Shown piece after piece: positions 10,299-19,797 of a DNA stretch of 45,139 nucleotides; position 1 is the first letter of the stretch, and the number at the start of each line of letters is the position of its first letter. Location of the stretch: positions 1 through 45,139 of the forward strand of contig CAZPJY010000015.1 of NCBI GenBank assembly GCA_964587045.1, in the 5' to 3' direction. A program made the position numbers and the translations under genes. Source of the stretch: an uncultured Methanosarcinales archaeon. Its GTDB lineage: Archaea > Nanobdellota > Nanobdellia > Woesearchaeales > CAZPJY01. Below the pieces are notes generated by a model, which saw only the letters and a list, made by a program, of their open reading frames with translations, searched no databases and was not told the DNA's origin.

Positions 10299-10688
10299 TC
10301 AGTTGAAGGTGCATCCGCATTCCCTGCACTTGACATCTCCTTTCCGAAGGGTCGTGTTGCAGTTGTTGCACGAAGTGAAGCCGTAATGGCCCTGGTCGCA
10401 CACCGACACCGAGGTGGTCGTGTACTTCCTGTCCACTTTCTCGTAGCTTACCTTGTAGTCATCTTGGAATACCCGGTCGTAGGTCAGCTGGTTCAGCTGG
10501 TCCACCACGATCTTTACCGCCTCGTTCCGCAGCCCGCGGGTCTTCATTGCATCGCTGTTCCCTGAGTACGCCTCGATCAGGTATGTCAGCGCGTTCCTGA
10601 GATCGTCTTCGCTCCGTATTTCCAGAAGGGATTCGAGCTTGCCGGCCGCCTCCCTCAATTTCGAGATGTATCCACTTATGTCTTCCAT
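10299..10688 (-). CDS. Hypothetical protein with C-terminal zinc ribbon
   Basis: CNNC-x10-CREC at the C-terminus; ATG at 10688. Confidence 0.65.
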   Translation of the reverse strand: MEDISGYISKLREAAGKLESLLEIRSEDDLRNALTYLIEAYSGNSDAMKTRGLRNEAVKIVVDQLNQLTYDRVFQDDYKVSYEKVDRKYTTTSVSVCDQGHYGFTSCNNCNTTLRKGDVKCRECGCTFN

Positions 10689-10752
10689 AGAATATAGGAA
10701 TAGTTGTATTCGCATTAATGATTGTGGGAAAGAAAAACGCAATGATGTTGTA

Positions 10753-11031
10753 TCAGCCGACAGCCCTTCGGACATCAGTGACCTCTGCTGAGTTCACGCC
10801 CTCAAGGTCTGCGATTTTCTTCTCGAGCTCGTCAGGCGCCCCCTTGGCCTCGTCCATGACGAAGATGATGTTTATGCTCTTGAGCCCGAACGCGATGGGC
10901 TCTATGGTGGTCTTCGTGTCCCCTTCGCCAGCAAACTCCTTGATGAGCTCCAAAGACTTTGCCTCCAGCACCTGAAGGTCGGCATCCACGCCTTCCGGCA
11001 TAATTTTGATAGTGACTACAACGTTGGCCAT
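10753..11031 (-). CDS. ef1b: Archaeal elongation factor 1-beta
   Basis: KIMPEG ... EPIAFGLK ... EGV.SAEV; GAGGTGA RBS; ATG 11031. Confidence 0.95.
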   Translation of the reverse strand: MANVVVTIKIMPEGVDADLQVLEAKSLELIKEFAGEGDTKTTIEPIAFGLKSINIIFVMDEAKGAPDELEKKIADLEGVNSAEVTDVRRAVG

Positions 11032-11041
11032 AGAAATCACC

Positions 11042-11215
11042 TCAGTTCGGGCCTGTGAATCCGCATGATGGGCAGGTGTACTTGGCAGCGATCTCGCGTG
11101 CGTGCCTGCTCCGGACGATCTTCCCCTTCCCGCATTTGGGGCACATGAAAGTGACTGAGCCTGACATGTTGGCTATCTTCATGTTATGTGACGAGCAAAT
11201 TAGGTCTTCTGCCAT
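11042..11215 (-). CDS. Small zinc-finger protein (DUF1610/HVO_2753-like), 57 aa, not in the ORF track
   Basis: Manual translation MAEDLICSSHNMKIANMSGSVTFMCPKCGKGKIVRSRHAREIAAKYTCPSCGFTGPN; usual position upstream of aEF-1beta. Confidence 0.9.
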   Translation of the reverse strand: MAEDLICSSHNMKIANMSGSVTFMCPKCGKGKIVRSRHAREIAAKYTCPSCGFTGPN

Positions 11216-11239
11216 GCATTTGGAGGATTCAGAAGGTGT

Positions 11240-12949
11240 TTATAAATCTTTCCTCTTGGAGCAGGCGTTGAGGAACCCTGTGAACAAGGGATGGGGCCTC
11301 AATGGCCTGGACGTGAACTCAGGGTGGAACTGCGTGCCGATGAAGAATGGGTGGTTGGGCAGCTCCAGAATCTGCATTATCCTGTATTTCGGGGCCTTTC
11401 CTGAGAACCTCATGCCCTTTGAGACCAGTCTCTTGATGTAGGCGGGATCGACTTCGTAACGGTGCCTGAAGCGCTCGTGTATCATAGTCTTGCCGTAGAT
11501 GGCATGCGCCCTGCTCCCCTTTTTTACCAGGATATCCCTGCCGCCCAGACGCATCGTGCCTCCCAGGCCTTCGAGCTTCTTCTGCTCAGGGAGGAGGCTT
11601 ATCACCTGGTGCTTTGCCGAGGGGTCGAACTCCTCGCTCGTGGCCCCTTGTATGCCACAGGCGTTCCTCGCAAACTCTATGACGGCCATCTGGAACCCGA
11701 GACAAAGCCCCAAGTATGGGATATTGTTCTTCCTGGCGAACTCGATGCAGTTGATCTTGCCTTCCACGCCGCGCCTGCCAAAGCCCCCTGGCACGATTAT
11801 TCCGCAGACCTGTTCCAGCTCTTCTTTCAGGAGCTTGGGGTTGCCCTCCAGTTCGGACGTCTCAATCCACCTCAGCTCCACCTCGAGCCGCAGCTTCGCA
11901 GCAGAATGCTCCAACGCCTTGATGATTGATGCGTAAGCGTCCCGCAGCCAGGTGTACTTGCCAGTTATCCCGACCACCACCTTGCCCTTCGGGCTCCTCA
12001 CCTGCCTGATGAAATCCTCCCACTGGGCGAGCTCCCGCTTCTCCCTTGCCGGGCTCTTCGTCTTGAGACCGAACAGCCGCATGACTACCTTGTCTATATC
12101 AGCGTCGCGGATCATGAGGGGGATCTCGTATATGGAATCGCAGTTGTGCATCGACACCACATTGCTCATAGGAACATTGGAGAACAGGCTCAGCTTCTCC
12201 CTGACCTTCTCGGTGACCGGCTTTTCGGAACGGCAGACGACGATGTCGGGCTGGACGCCCATGGAGAGCAGGGTGCGTATGCCCTGCTGGGCTGCCTTGG
12301 ACTTCTGCTCGCCCAAGGATGTCGGCTCTAGCACGTATGTCAGGCAGCAGAAGCAGACGTTCTCCTTCCCCTCCTCGTAAGCGAGCTCGCGCATCGCCTC
12401 GATGTAATACTGGTTTTCGATATCGCCGACCGTACCGCCTATCTCGACGACGACGATGTCCGACCCCATGGCGAGTTTCCTGAGCATGCGCTTGATCTCG
12501 CCAGTCACGTGGGGCACGAACTGCACGTCACGGCCCAGGTAGGATCCCTTCCTCTCCTTGGAAAGGATGTGTGTGAACAGGCGGCCTGCGGTCATGAAAT
12601 TGGATTTCGAGAGGTCGAGGTCCAGGTATCGCTCGTAGGTGCCGAGGTCCATGTCGCATTCCAATCCGTCATCCAGGACGAATACCTCCCCGTGCCTGAA
12701 CGGGTTGAGGGTTCCGGAGTCCACATTGAGGTACCCTTCCAGCTTTATGGGCTGTATCTTGAAGCCTTTGGATTGGAGGAGTTTGGCAAGCGAGCTTGAG
12801 AATATGCCTTTGCCCAGCCCGGAAATGACCGTGCCGAATGTGATGATGTACTTGGCCTTCCCCTTTTCATAGCCGTCGGGGACAGGCGTGAAGAATTCGT
12901 GTTCTTCGGTCTTGGACGAGACCTCTTTTAGGATGTCACTTCCTGGCAT
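11240..12949 (-). CDS. pyrG: CTP synthase
   Basis: SGLGKG, HGEVFVLDDG.E.DMDLG.YER, EIGGTVGDIE, PGGFG, GLCLG, RHRYEV, QFHPE. Confidence 0.97.
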   Translation of the reverse strand: MPGSDILKEVSSKTEEHEFFTPVPDGYEKGKAKYIITFGTVISGLGKGIFSSSLAKLLQSKGFKIQPIKLEGYLNVDSGTLNPFRHGEVFVLDDGLECDMDLGTYERYLDLDLSKSNFMTAGRLFTHILSKERKGSYLGRDVQFVPHVTGEIKRMLRKLAMGSDIVVVEIGGTVGDIENQYYIEAMRELAYEEGKENVCFCCLTYVLEPTSLGEQKSKAAQQGIRTLLSMGVQPDIVVCRSEKPVTEKVREKLSLFSNVPMSNVVSMHNCDSIYEIPLMIRDADIDKVVMRLFGLKTKSPAREKRELAQWEDFIRQVRSPKGKVVVGITGKYTWLRDAYASIIKALEHSAAKLRLEVELRWIETSELEGNPKLLKEELEQVCGIIVPGGFGRRGVEGKINCIEFARKNNIPYLGLCLGFQMAVIEFARNACGIQGATSEEFDPSAKHQVISLLPEQKKLEGLGGTMRLGGRDILVKKGSRAHAIYGKTMIHERFRHRYEVDPAYIKRLVSKGMRFSGKAPKYRIMQILELPNHPFFIGTQFHPEFTSRPLRPHPLFTGFLNACSKRKDL

Positions 12950-13011
12950 TATTTTGGAATGGAAGTCCAGATATTAAAGGTTTGTTGTAAAGAAAAATGT
13001 ATCAGCGTTGA

Positions 13012-13665
13012 CTAGATCTCCCTTTTAGTGTAGCCCCTGATGCCCGCAAGGGAGGATCCGATGAGCCCTATGATGGAAGCTAGCAGCCCAAATCCTGCCC
13101 TGCGTTTAGCACTTAGGAGGTCCTCCGGCACTTCGCTGTGGTACTGGCGCGCCACAGCCTCAGCCTTGTCCGCTATCTGTAGCAGCTCCTGCCGCTCTGT
13201 TCCGAAGGTGTCGTCGTTGACCTTCTGGCCGTTGTACCTTTTGAGATTGTTTTGGTCAGGAAGACTTTCTCCAATACTGCGGAGCTCGTCGGATATCCTC
13301 GACGGCCTGTTGCTCCGTTTTAGGATGTCTTCGATATGGTCTGCAGTGGTTCTTATCTTGTCCTTTGAGTCAGAGCAGTCGGGATACCTTGCAGGATGGC
13401 GGATGGTCGTGTAGGTGGTTACTTTTCCAATCTTGTGTGGGATTGGTTGGTTCCAAGCAGGCCTGTAATCTAGATAGGACTCTGCGCTCCTAACATCGCT
13501 CTCTACGCCTTTCCACAGCTGCTCTTGCTGGTAGCTCCTGTTCATGCTGAGGTTTTCATCGGCCTCGCTAAGACTGCCGATGCTGCTGCATCCTGAATAA
13601 ACCGAGTACAAGAACACTGGTATTGATAGTTTTATCAGCCAATTCTTCAAACTGATCACCTTCAA
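13012..13665 (-). CDS. Hypothetical protein with N- and C-terminal membrane anchors
   Basis: Hydrophobic ends flanking a helical soluble region; start uncertain. Confidence 0.6.
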   Translation of the reverse strand: MKVISLKNWLIKLSIPVFLYSVYSGCSSIGSLSEADENLSMNRSYQQEQLWKGVESDVRSAESYLDYRPAWNQPIPHKIGKVTTYTTIRHPARYPDCSDSKDKIRTTADHIEDILKRSNRPSRISDELRSIGESLPDQNNLKRYNGQKVNDDTFGTERQELLQIADKAEAVARQYHSEVPEDLLSAKRRAGFGLLASIIGLIGSSLAGIRGYTKREI

Positions 13666-13718
13666 TATGACAATGTTGGTTCAAATTAAAGCATTTCCAG
13701 TGAAAAATTATGTTTTAC

Positions 13719-14297
13719 CTAGAAAAATGTCTGGATAAGTCCGCTGTAAACCTTGTAGCCGTCAAAGCCGGGAATCGGAAGCATGTTGAAGATGAACAGG
13801 AACATGTTGACCTGCTTGGTCAGGTGTATGAATATGCCCTGGTTCCTACTCAGCTTCCCCCATTTCAGGACTGCCCAGGAGCCCAGCCAGAGCACCAGGT
13901 TCACCGCAGGGCCTGCAAATGATATCAAGGAAAAATCAAGCGGAGTCCCGGTGCCGGTAATCGAAACGTACGCAGGGACGAAGAAGATGAAGCCGAAGCT
14001 CAAGAGCTTGAGCGCGACACCTACAAGCAGCCAACCCAGCGCCGCGTTGAAGGTCGCATGCATACCAAACATTAAAGCCACAAACTTGTGGCCCAGCTCA
14101 TGGAGGATTATGGCAGGTGCGACTACCATGGCGGCGTAGAGGAAGTTCTGCCAGCTGAAACCCCTGCTCTGGCGCATCAGGCTGTCGATGTCCCCAGGCG
14201 CAGCGCTCTTGGGCTTTTGGAAGACGTCGGAGAATATGAAGCCGACTATCGCTGTCATGAGGACCATGTCGAAGAGTTCGGCGAATGTTAAAAGCAT
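13719..14297 (-). CDS. Site-2 protease (M50 metallopeptidase)
   Basis: HELGH, AGP..N, FNMLPIPGFDG. Confidence 0.9.
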   Translation of the reverse strand: MLLTFAELFDMVLMTAIVGFIFSDVFQKPKSAAPGDIDSLMRQSRGFSWQNFLYAAMVVAPAIILHELGHKFVALMFGMHATFNAALGWLLVGVALKLLSFGFIFFVPAYVSITGTGTPLDFSLISFAGPAVNLVLWLGSWAVLKWGKLSRNQGIFIHLTKQVNMFLFIFNMLPIPGFDGYKVYSGLIQTFF

Positions 14298-14371
14298 GCC
14301 GTCTGGTAAACCGCGAGGTCTATATAACTTTTGTGCAAAAGCTTATCTATGAGCTCACCGTACATGAGGAC

Positions 14372-14731
14372 ATGACCGACCTCGTGGCAGTTCTATCAAC
14401 AGGCAAGGGTACTTGGAAGGCCGTCCTGGACCTCATGAAGGCTGAGGAATGGGGGCAGGTGATCCTGATAGGGCCGGACTTTGCTAAGGACAAGCTCGAC
14501 CGTCAGGACGTCCTCTTCGTGGTAATCGACAGGGACAAGCCAACCGACGCCATTGCAAAGGACATCGCAAAGGTCCTCAGGGAAGCCGTGAAGGACACTG
14601 AGGTCGCATTGAACCTCGTTAGCGGATCTGGCAAGGAGCACATGGCTGTCCTATCCGGTATAATGCTCGCCGGCCTGGGCTTCCGCATGGTGGAATCTTC
14701 AGGAAAAGGCCTGCAGACCGTCGGTTTCTAA
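14372..14731 (+). CDS. Stand-alone Rossmann-like (possibly CARF-like) protein
   Basis: LVAVLSTGKGTW ... VILIG ... EVALNLVSGSGKEHMA. Confidence 0.65.
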   Translation: MTDLVAVLSTGKGTWKAVLDLMKAEEWGQVILIGPDFAKDKLDRQDVLFVVIDRDKPTDAIAKDIAKVLREAVKDTEVALNLVSGSGKEHMAVLSGIMLAGLGFRMVESSGKGLQTVGF

Positions 14732-14815
14732 AGGGAAAACTATTTAAATGTGTAAACATTATACCTCGTATTGTTCTTTTTTTGTTATTTCGTATGAACC
14801 ATCACCCCCGTAGAG

Positions 14816-15580
14816 ATGACATTTGTGGGTCGCTTTGAAGAGTATATAAATAATGGGTATGCAGCAACGCGCGAGTGGATAGACTGGACCCACCTCAGGA
14901 GGAACGGCCACAGCGACCTGGGCCAGATAATTCTAAAGGAGATCGAGACGGTCTACCAGGAGGGACTGCTCCCGCAGCTGTTCAGGAAGCCCGACTCCAA
15001 CATCATCAAGAAAAAGGAGATCGTGGGCTGGTTCCCCAACGGAAAGCCCGACCAGATCCAATACATCGTCAACTTCAGCGAAAACGGCAACGGCACGTAC
15101 TGCTTCGGCTGCATCGAGATGACCAAACTAAGCTCTAGGGACTATCTCGCCTTGGGAATGGTAGAAAAACTCCGGGACAGGGAGCTGTACTTCATAGAAT
15201 GGGACAGCATCTCCCATAAGGGCCAGGCAGTGGAAAAGGCGATTCCCCGACTTGACGCCCTACTGGAGATTGACAAGCTGAGGAAGGAGGCAAAGGGCAT
15301 CAAAGTCATCGACATAGAGGAGCAGGTTGGAAAGATTCGGCAGAATGATTTCAATAACATGAACTTCCTCTCCAACGGCAAGACGCACTACTTAATTGAC
15401 TTCGCAAACAAGCACGACAGGCTTATGCATATAGAGGTCGCAAGCCTGTTGGCAAACGAGATCATGGCAAGAAGCAAGACCTACCACCTGATCAACCTGA
15501 ATCCTGCCGCCCGAAGCAGGGTCGAGAAGTTCTGGGGGGACGCCTCGATCCTGAATGGTATCATAATCCCCTTCCATTAG
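14816..15580 (+). CDS. Hypothetical protein with degenerate kinase-like motif
   Basis: Own TATA box (~14743); QNDFNNMNFL...YLIDFA resembles an HxDxxxxN...DF motif. Confidence 0.6.
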   Translation: MTFVGRFEEYINNGYAATREWIDWTHLRRNGHSDLGQIILKEIETVYQEGLLPQLFRKPDSNIIKKKEIVGWFPNGKPDQIQYIVNFSENGNGTYCFGCIEMTKLSSRDYLALGMVEKLRDRELYFIEWDSISHKGQAVEKAIPRLDALLEIDKLRKEAKGIKVIDIEEQVGKIRQNDFNNMNFLSNGKTHYLIDFANKHDRLMHIEVASLLANEIMARSKTYHLINLNPAARSRVEKFWGDASILNGIIIPFH

Positions 15581-17337
15581 GAATAATACAGCTTCTTTTC
15601 GTTCTTCTGCTTTTGGTCCATCTGGCTGCCTTCCTTGTTGACGCGCGGCCTGTGGCTCTCCTGATCGCGCCGCATCGTGATGTTGAGGTCGGTCAGGAAC
15701 TGGTTCATCCCTTCGGCCATGGTAAACGGGCCCTGCACGTCACCCCTTACGGCAGGCTCGCCGAAGAACACCAGCAGCCTGTCCGATAGGTAGTCGATTA
15801 CCAAAAGATCGTGGTCGACGATGAGCGCAGAGGCGCCCCGCTCCTGCATCAGGGGAGCGATGATGCTGCCCAGCTGCAGGCGCTGCTCGACATCAAGATA
15901 AGCTGAGGGCTCGTCCAACAGGTAAAGGTCAGCCTCCTGCGCCAGGCACCTTGCTATAGCAACGCGCTGCAGCTCTCCGCCTGACAGCTGAGCCAGGGTC
16001 TTGTCGTACAGGGGCTGCAGCTCGAGAGGCCGCACCAGCTGCACTTCATACTTGCCGATGACATCCTTCAACGCCTCTGTGACAGGGGTGTCGTCAGCTC
16101 CGATATACTGCGGCTTGTACGCGACAGAGGTCTCGCTCGGGATCTCCCCAGTATCGGCCTTGATCTCGCCTGCCAGAATCTTGACAAACGTCGTCTTGCC
16201 GATCCCGTTCTCTCCGAGGACTCCTACAGTGTCCTGCCTGTACAGGTCGCCGCCCTTCGCCTCGAGCGCGAAGCGGCCGAGCTTGGCTGCCACGCCCTTC
16301 CACCCTGTGAGGAGAAGGTCACGCTTGACCTCTATCGGAGGTTTGGCCATGAACCTGATGGGCTTGCTCCTGAACCTGATGTTCTCATCCCTCAGGTAGC
16401 CCTGCAGGTAGATGTTGATGCCTGCCTTGTTGGTCTTGGGTTGCGAGACTATGCCGTAGCTCCCCGGCTTTCCGTACATGATGTGCACGAGGTCGGTCAT
16501 GTAGTCCAGTATTATCAGGTCGTGTTCGACGACAAGGACTGCGGTGTCGGCATCGGCCAATGTGCGCAGGAACTTGCTCACCTTGATGCGCTGCTTGATG
16601 TCAAGGTAGGATGTCGGCTCATCGAAGATGTACAGGTTGGCCTTTCTGAGAACGCAGGCCGCAATCGCGACCCGCTGAAGCTCGCCTCCGGATATCTCGC
16701 TGACCTTGTTATCGAGGAATTTGCCTAGCTCCAGCCGCTCAACAATCTCCTTTATCCTACCTGTCTCGTCCATCTTGGACAGGAGTTCCTTCACGGTGCC
16801 CTCGGCCACTTTCGGTATCTGGTCGACCTGCTGAGGCTTGAAGCTTATGGTAATCTCACCGTCCCGCACCTTTTCGAAGAAATGCTGGGCTTCCGAGCCC
16901 TTGAAGTAATCGATGAGCCTGGAATAATCGCGCTCCGGGGCCCTTTCCCATTCGCCCAGGTTAGGGACGAGGAGACCTCCGAGGATCTGCACTGCCGTCG
17001 ACTTCCCGATGCCGTTCCTCCCCAGGATCCCGACCACCTTTCCGAACATGGGTGTTGGGAGGTTGTACAGGTGGAAACCGTTCCTCCCGAACTGGTGGAT
17101 AGGTGGCTTGTCCAGCTCCTCTGGAAGGTTGACGATGTCCAAAGCCTGCGTTGGGCACTTCTTCACGCATATGCCGCAGCCGATGCACAGCTCCTCATTG
17201 ATTATGGGCTTGACGTCCGGTCCTTTGACTATGCATTCCTTGCCCGCGCGGTTGATCGGGCATACGTCGACGCAGATCCAAGGGCATTTGGTGCCTGCGA
17301 CGCACTTATCCTTCTTTACTATGGCTATGCGTGGCAT
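15577..17337 (-). CDS. rli: Ribosome recycling ATPase ABCE1/RLI
   Basis: N-terminal 4Fe-4S CIGCGICVKKCP, two ABC domains (GRNGIGKS, GENGIGKT, SGGELQR); ATG 17337. Confidence 0.97.
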   Translation of the reverse strand: MPRIAIVKKDKCVAGTKCPWICVDVCPINRAGKECIVKGPDVKPIINEELCIGCGICVKKCPTQALDIVNLPEELDKPPIHQFGRNGFHLYNLPTPMFGKVVGILGRNGIGKSTAVQILGGLLVPNLGEWERAPERDYSRLIDYFKGSEAQHFFEKVRDGEITISFKPQQVDQIPKVAEGTVKELLSKMDETGRIKEIVERLELGKFLDNKVSEISGGELQRVAIAACVLRKANLYIFDEPTSYLDIKQRIKVSKFLRTLADADTAVLVVEHDLIILDYMTDLVHIMYGKPGSYGIVSQPKTNKAGINIYLQGYLRDENIRFRSKPIRFMAKPPIEVKRDLLLTGWKGVAAKLGRFALEAKGGDLYRQDTVGVLGENGIGKTTFVKILAGEIKADTGEIPSETSVAYKPQYIGADDTPVTEALKDVIGKYEVQLVRPLELQPLYDKTLAQLSGGELQRVAIARCLAQEADLYLLDEPSAYLDVEQRLQLGSIIAPLMQERGASALIVDHDLLVIDYLSDRLLVFFGEPAVRGDVQGPFTMAEGMNQFLTDLNITMRRDQESHRPRVNKEGSQMDQKQKNEKKLYYS

Positions 17338-17412
17338 GAGGAGGAGGGGGAGCCGGGGACTATTTAAACCTAATTGAAAAACTTTTATTCCCAACCCGAC
17401 TTCCTGAATGCC

Positions 17413-17916
17413 ATGGCGCGGTACATCATAATCCGAGGACCTTTGGGCTGCGGAAAGAGCACGATATCGAAGGCTGTTTCCAAGCGGCTCGGAGCGAGGC
17501 TCTTTCCTGTGGACAGGGTTCTGGACGAAAATGGACTCGCAGACGATTGGGAGGACGGATACATCTCGCAGGAAGCTTTCCGCAAGGCCAACTCCATCAT
17601 CGCGGGCGAGGCGAAGAGACGCCTAGAAAATGGCGAGACTGTCATCTTCGACGGCAATTTCTACTGGGAGTCCCAGATTGATGACCTGGTCAGGCGCCTT
17701 GATTACCCCCACAACATCTTCACCCTGACTGCCCCGCTCGAAGTCTGCATAGGACGGGACATGGGAAGGGAGAATCCACACGGAAAGGAAGCGGCCAAGG
17801 CCGTATACAAGAAATCGGCCTCATTTTCCCGTGGCATCCGGATAGATGTGACGAAGGAGCTGGATGCCTGCGTTGAAGAGATACTCTCATACATCGGCGA
17901 ACAAAAACAATTATAA
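17413..17916 (+). CDS. P-loop kinase (AAA_33/nucleotide kinase-like)
   Basis: IIIRGPLGCGKST, VIFDG, LTAPLEVC..R..R. Confidence 0.85.
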   Translation: MARYIIIRGPLGCGKSTISKAVSKRLGARLFPVDRVLDENGLADDWEDGYISQEAFRKANSIIAGEAKRRLENGETVIFDGNFYWESQIDDLVRRLDYPHNIFTLTAPLEVCIGRDMGRENPHGKEAAKAVYKKSASFSRGIRIDVTKELDACVEEILSYIGEQKQL

Positions 17917-17939
17917 ATCACCAGCTGTTCCTCTATTGG

Positions 17940-18098
17940 ATGAAATGCGGTGTCTGCGGCAAGAAGATTCCTGAGCTATTCCTCGGAAAAATAGACGGGA
18001 CTGTCATCAAGGACGGGAAGGGAAAGAAGAGATACGCCTGCTCGGAGTGCCAGTCCAAGGCGAAGACCAAGGAAGAGCTGCTAGCAGCGATGAAATAA
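17940..18098 (+). CDS. Small zinc-binding protein, 52 aa, not in the ORF track
   Basis: Manual translation MKCGVCGKKIPELFLGKIDGTVIKDGKGKKRYACSECQSKAKTKEELLAAMK; two CxxC motifs. Confidence 0.8.
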   Translation: MKCGVCGKKIPELFLGKIDGTVIKDGKGKKRYACSECQSKAKTKEELLAAMK

Positions 18099-18104
18099 TC
18101 TACC

Positions 18105-18177
18105 GCCCCTGTAGCTCAGTGGCTAGAGCATTCGCCTCGTAAGCGAAAGGTCGGGGGTTCAACTCCCTCCAGGGGCT
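18105..18177 (+). tRNA. tRNA-Thr (anticodon CGT)
   Basis: Full cloverleaf: GCCCCTG/CAGGGGC acceptor, GCTC/GAGC D-stem, TTCGC-CTCGTAA-GCGAA anticodon arm, TTCAA T-loop; no intron, no encoded CCA. Confidence 0.97.
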
Positions 18178-18695
18178 TTGCATGTCAACATTGAGATAAA
18201 GGCAAGGTCAAAAGAGCAAGGTAAGATAAGAGATATCCTACGCTTAAGAAATGCCGATTTCAAGGGGACCGACCGCCAAATAGACACTTATTTCAAGGCG
18301 AATTCTGGAAGGCTCAAGCTCAGGGAAGGCAACATCGAGAACTACCTAATCCATTACAACAGGGCGGATCAAGAAGGTCCGAAGTAATCCTTTACAAGTC
18401 CGAACCAGGCTCCCAATTGAAAGATATCCTCACAAAATCATTAGGGGTCCTCGTAGTGGTCGAAAAAAAGAGAGAAATATATTTCATCGACAACGTGAAA
18501 TTCCATATCGATGAGGTAAAAGGGCTTGGGACCTTCATCGAAATCGAGGCCATAGACAAGGAAGGCAATATCGGAAGAGACAAACTACTTACTCAGTGCA
18601 AGGAGTATGTGGGGCTGTTTGGTATTGAAGACAAGGACCTGGTTTCGTTCTCTTACAGCGACCTTTTACTTGGCTCTACGACTGCAAAACCTTAA
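18178..18695 (+). pseudogene. CYTH (class IV adenylate cyclase-like) pseudogene
   Basis: NIEIKAR, QIDTYF, RLKLREG in one frame ending at TAA 18385-18387; KKREIY, HIDEV.GLG.FIEIE, SYSDLL continue in another frame; no ATG start. Confidence 0.8.
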
Positions 18696-18720
18696 ATATA
18701 AACATCTTTTTGCCCGAACC

Positions 18721-19173
18721 ATGTTCAAATTGGGACTGGACCCTGTAGTTTTTTACCTCAATAAAATCGAACCTAAGGAAAACATTGATGACTTCTTTAG
18801 AAAGCTTCAGGATTTGGATCTTCCTGGAGTCAACAAGTGCGTAATCCAAAGGAGGGAAGTTCTTGTGAAGCAAGGAAGCGACATGGTGTGGACAGACCTG
18901 CCAAAGGAGCAAATCTCGATTGAAACGCTCATTCAAGAAGCCTCTCCAGACTTTTCTGCCGAGATAGTGCTGGGATTGGTCCAAATTGATTACAGCAGGC
19001 ATATCGAATGTGATTATTCATACGATCTGACGACACCTGAGCAGGAGATTTTCAGGCATGCGGGATTCTTCTGCTCGTGGGACTACAGCCCTGAGGTCGA
19101 AAGCGTATTCCACGCATCATTTGGAAAGGATTTTGAACAGTTTTACCGAATGGCACAGAAACTAAGAAAGTGA
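18721..19173 (+). CDS. Hypothetical protein
   Basis: ATG 18721 follows AAACCTTAAATA TATA-like element; 150 aa open frame. Confidence 0.6.
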   Translation: MFKLGLDPVVFYLNKIEPKENIDDFFRKLQDLDLPGVNKCVIQRREVLVKQGSDMVWTDLPKEQISIETLIQEASPDFSAEIVLGLVQIDYSRHIECDYSYDLTTPEQEIFRHAGFFCSWDYSPEVESVFHASFGKDFEQFYRMAQKLRK

Positions 19174-19223
19174 CCTGATTCTAAACAAAGGGAATAAGAG
19201 AAAAAAAGAATCCAGATAAGTGT

Positions 19224-19427
19224 TTACTCAGCGTCCGCTTTCTCCACGTTGATGGCCTTCGGTCCCCTGTCGCCTTCGACGACCTCGAACTCTACGACGT
19301 CGTTGTCGGTGATGGTGACACCCTCTTTGAGGCCTGTCTGGTGCACAAAATAATCCTTTCCGTCCTCATCTGAAGTGATGAAGCCAAATCCTTTCATGTC
19401 GTTAAAAAACTTCACTTTTCCTTTCAT
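19224..19427 (-). CDS. cspA: Cold-shock protein
   Basis: GKVKFFNDMKGFGFI (RNP1), YFVHQT (RNP2), GDRGPKA.NV. Confidence 0.95.
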   Translation of the reverse strand: MKGKVKFFNDMKGFGFITSDEDGKDYFVHQTGLKEGVTITDNDVVEFEVVEGDRGPKAINVEKADAE

Positions 19428-19797
19428 TGTACTAATCCTCGTTTTGTTAACAGAAACTAGGTTCCTGATACGGCTGGGTAATCAGTTTTCCCTTATAAAT
19501 CCTTGCTTTTGTCTGTTGAAAGAGCTGAAATTTGGGATGATACCATACCTGTGTTTTATGTCACCAAGAGCCCCTGGAACACTTATCGCATGCGAGATGG
19601 CCTCATCGACCACCCTGTCATCTGGGTCCTCCTCAATGATGAGCTCCTTAACAAGGGTTGGCACATGGGTCTTAACAAAGCTCTGAAAGTCGACGGGCAG
19701 AAGGAACGTCGCCTCCTGGCTTAGCTCGAAGCCAAGGTTTTCATTTATCTCCTTTATAGGGATTGCCGTGCATGGTATAGCCTGATTAGTTTTTTCC

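Noticed and set aside
18385..18419. Stop-codon readthrough or alternative genetic code in the CYTH gene
   Set aside because: The downstream half is in a different frame, and other genes end normally at TAA, TAG and TGA.
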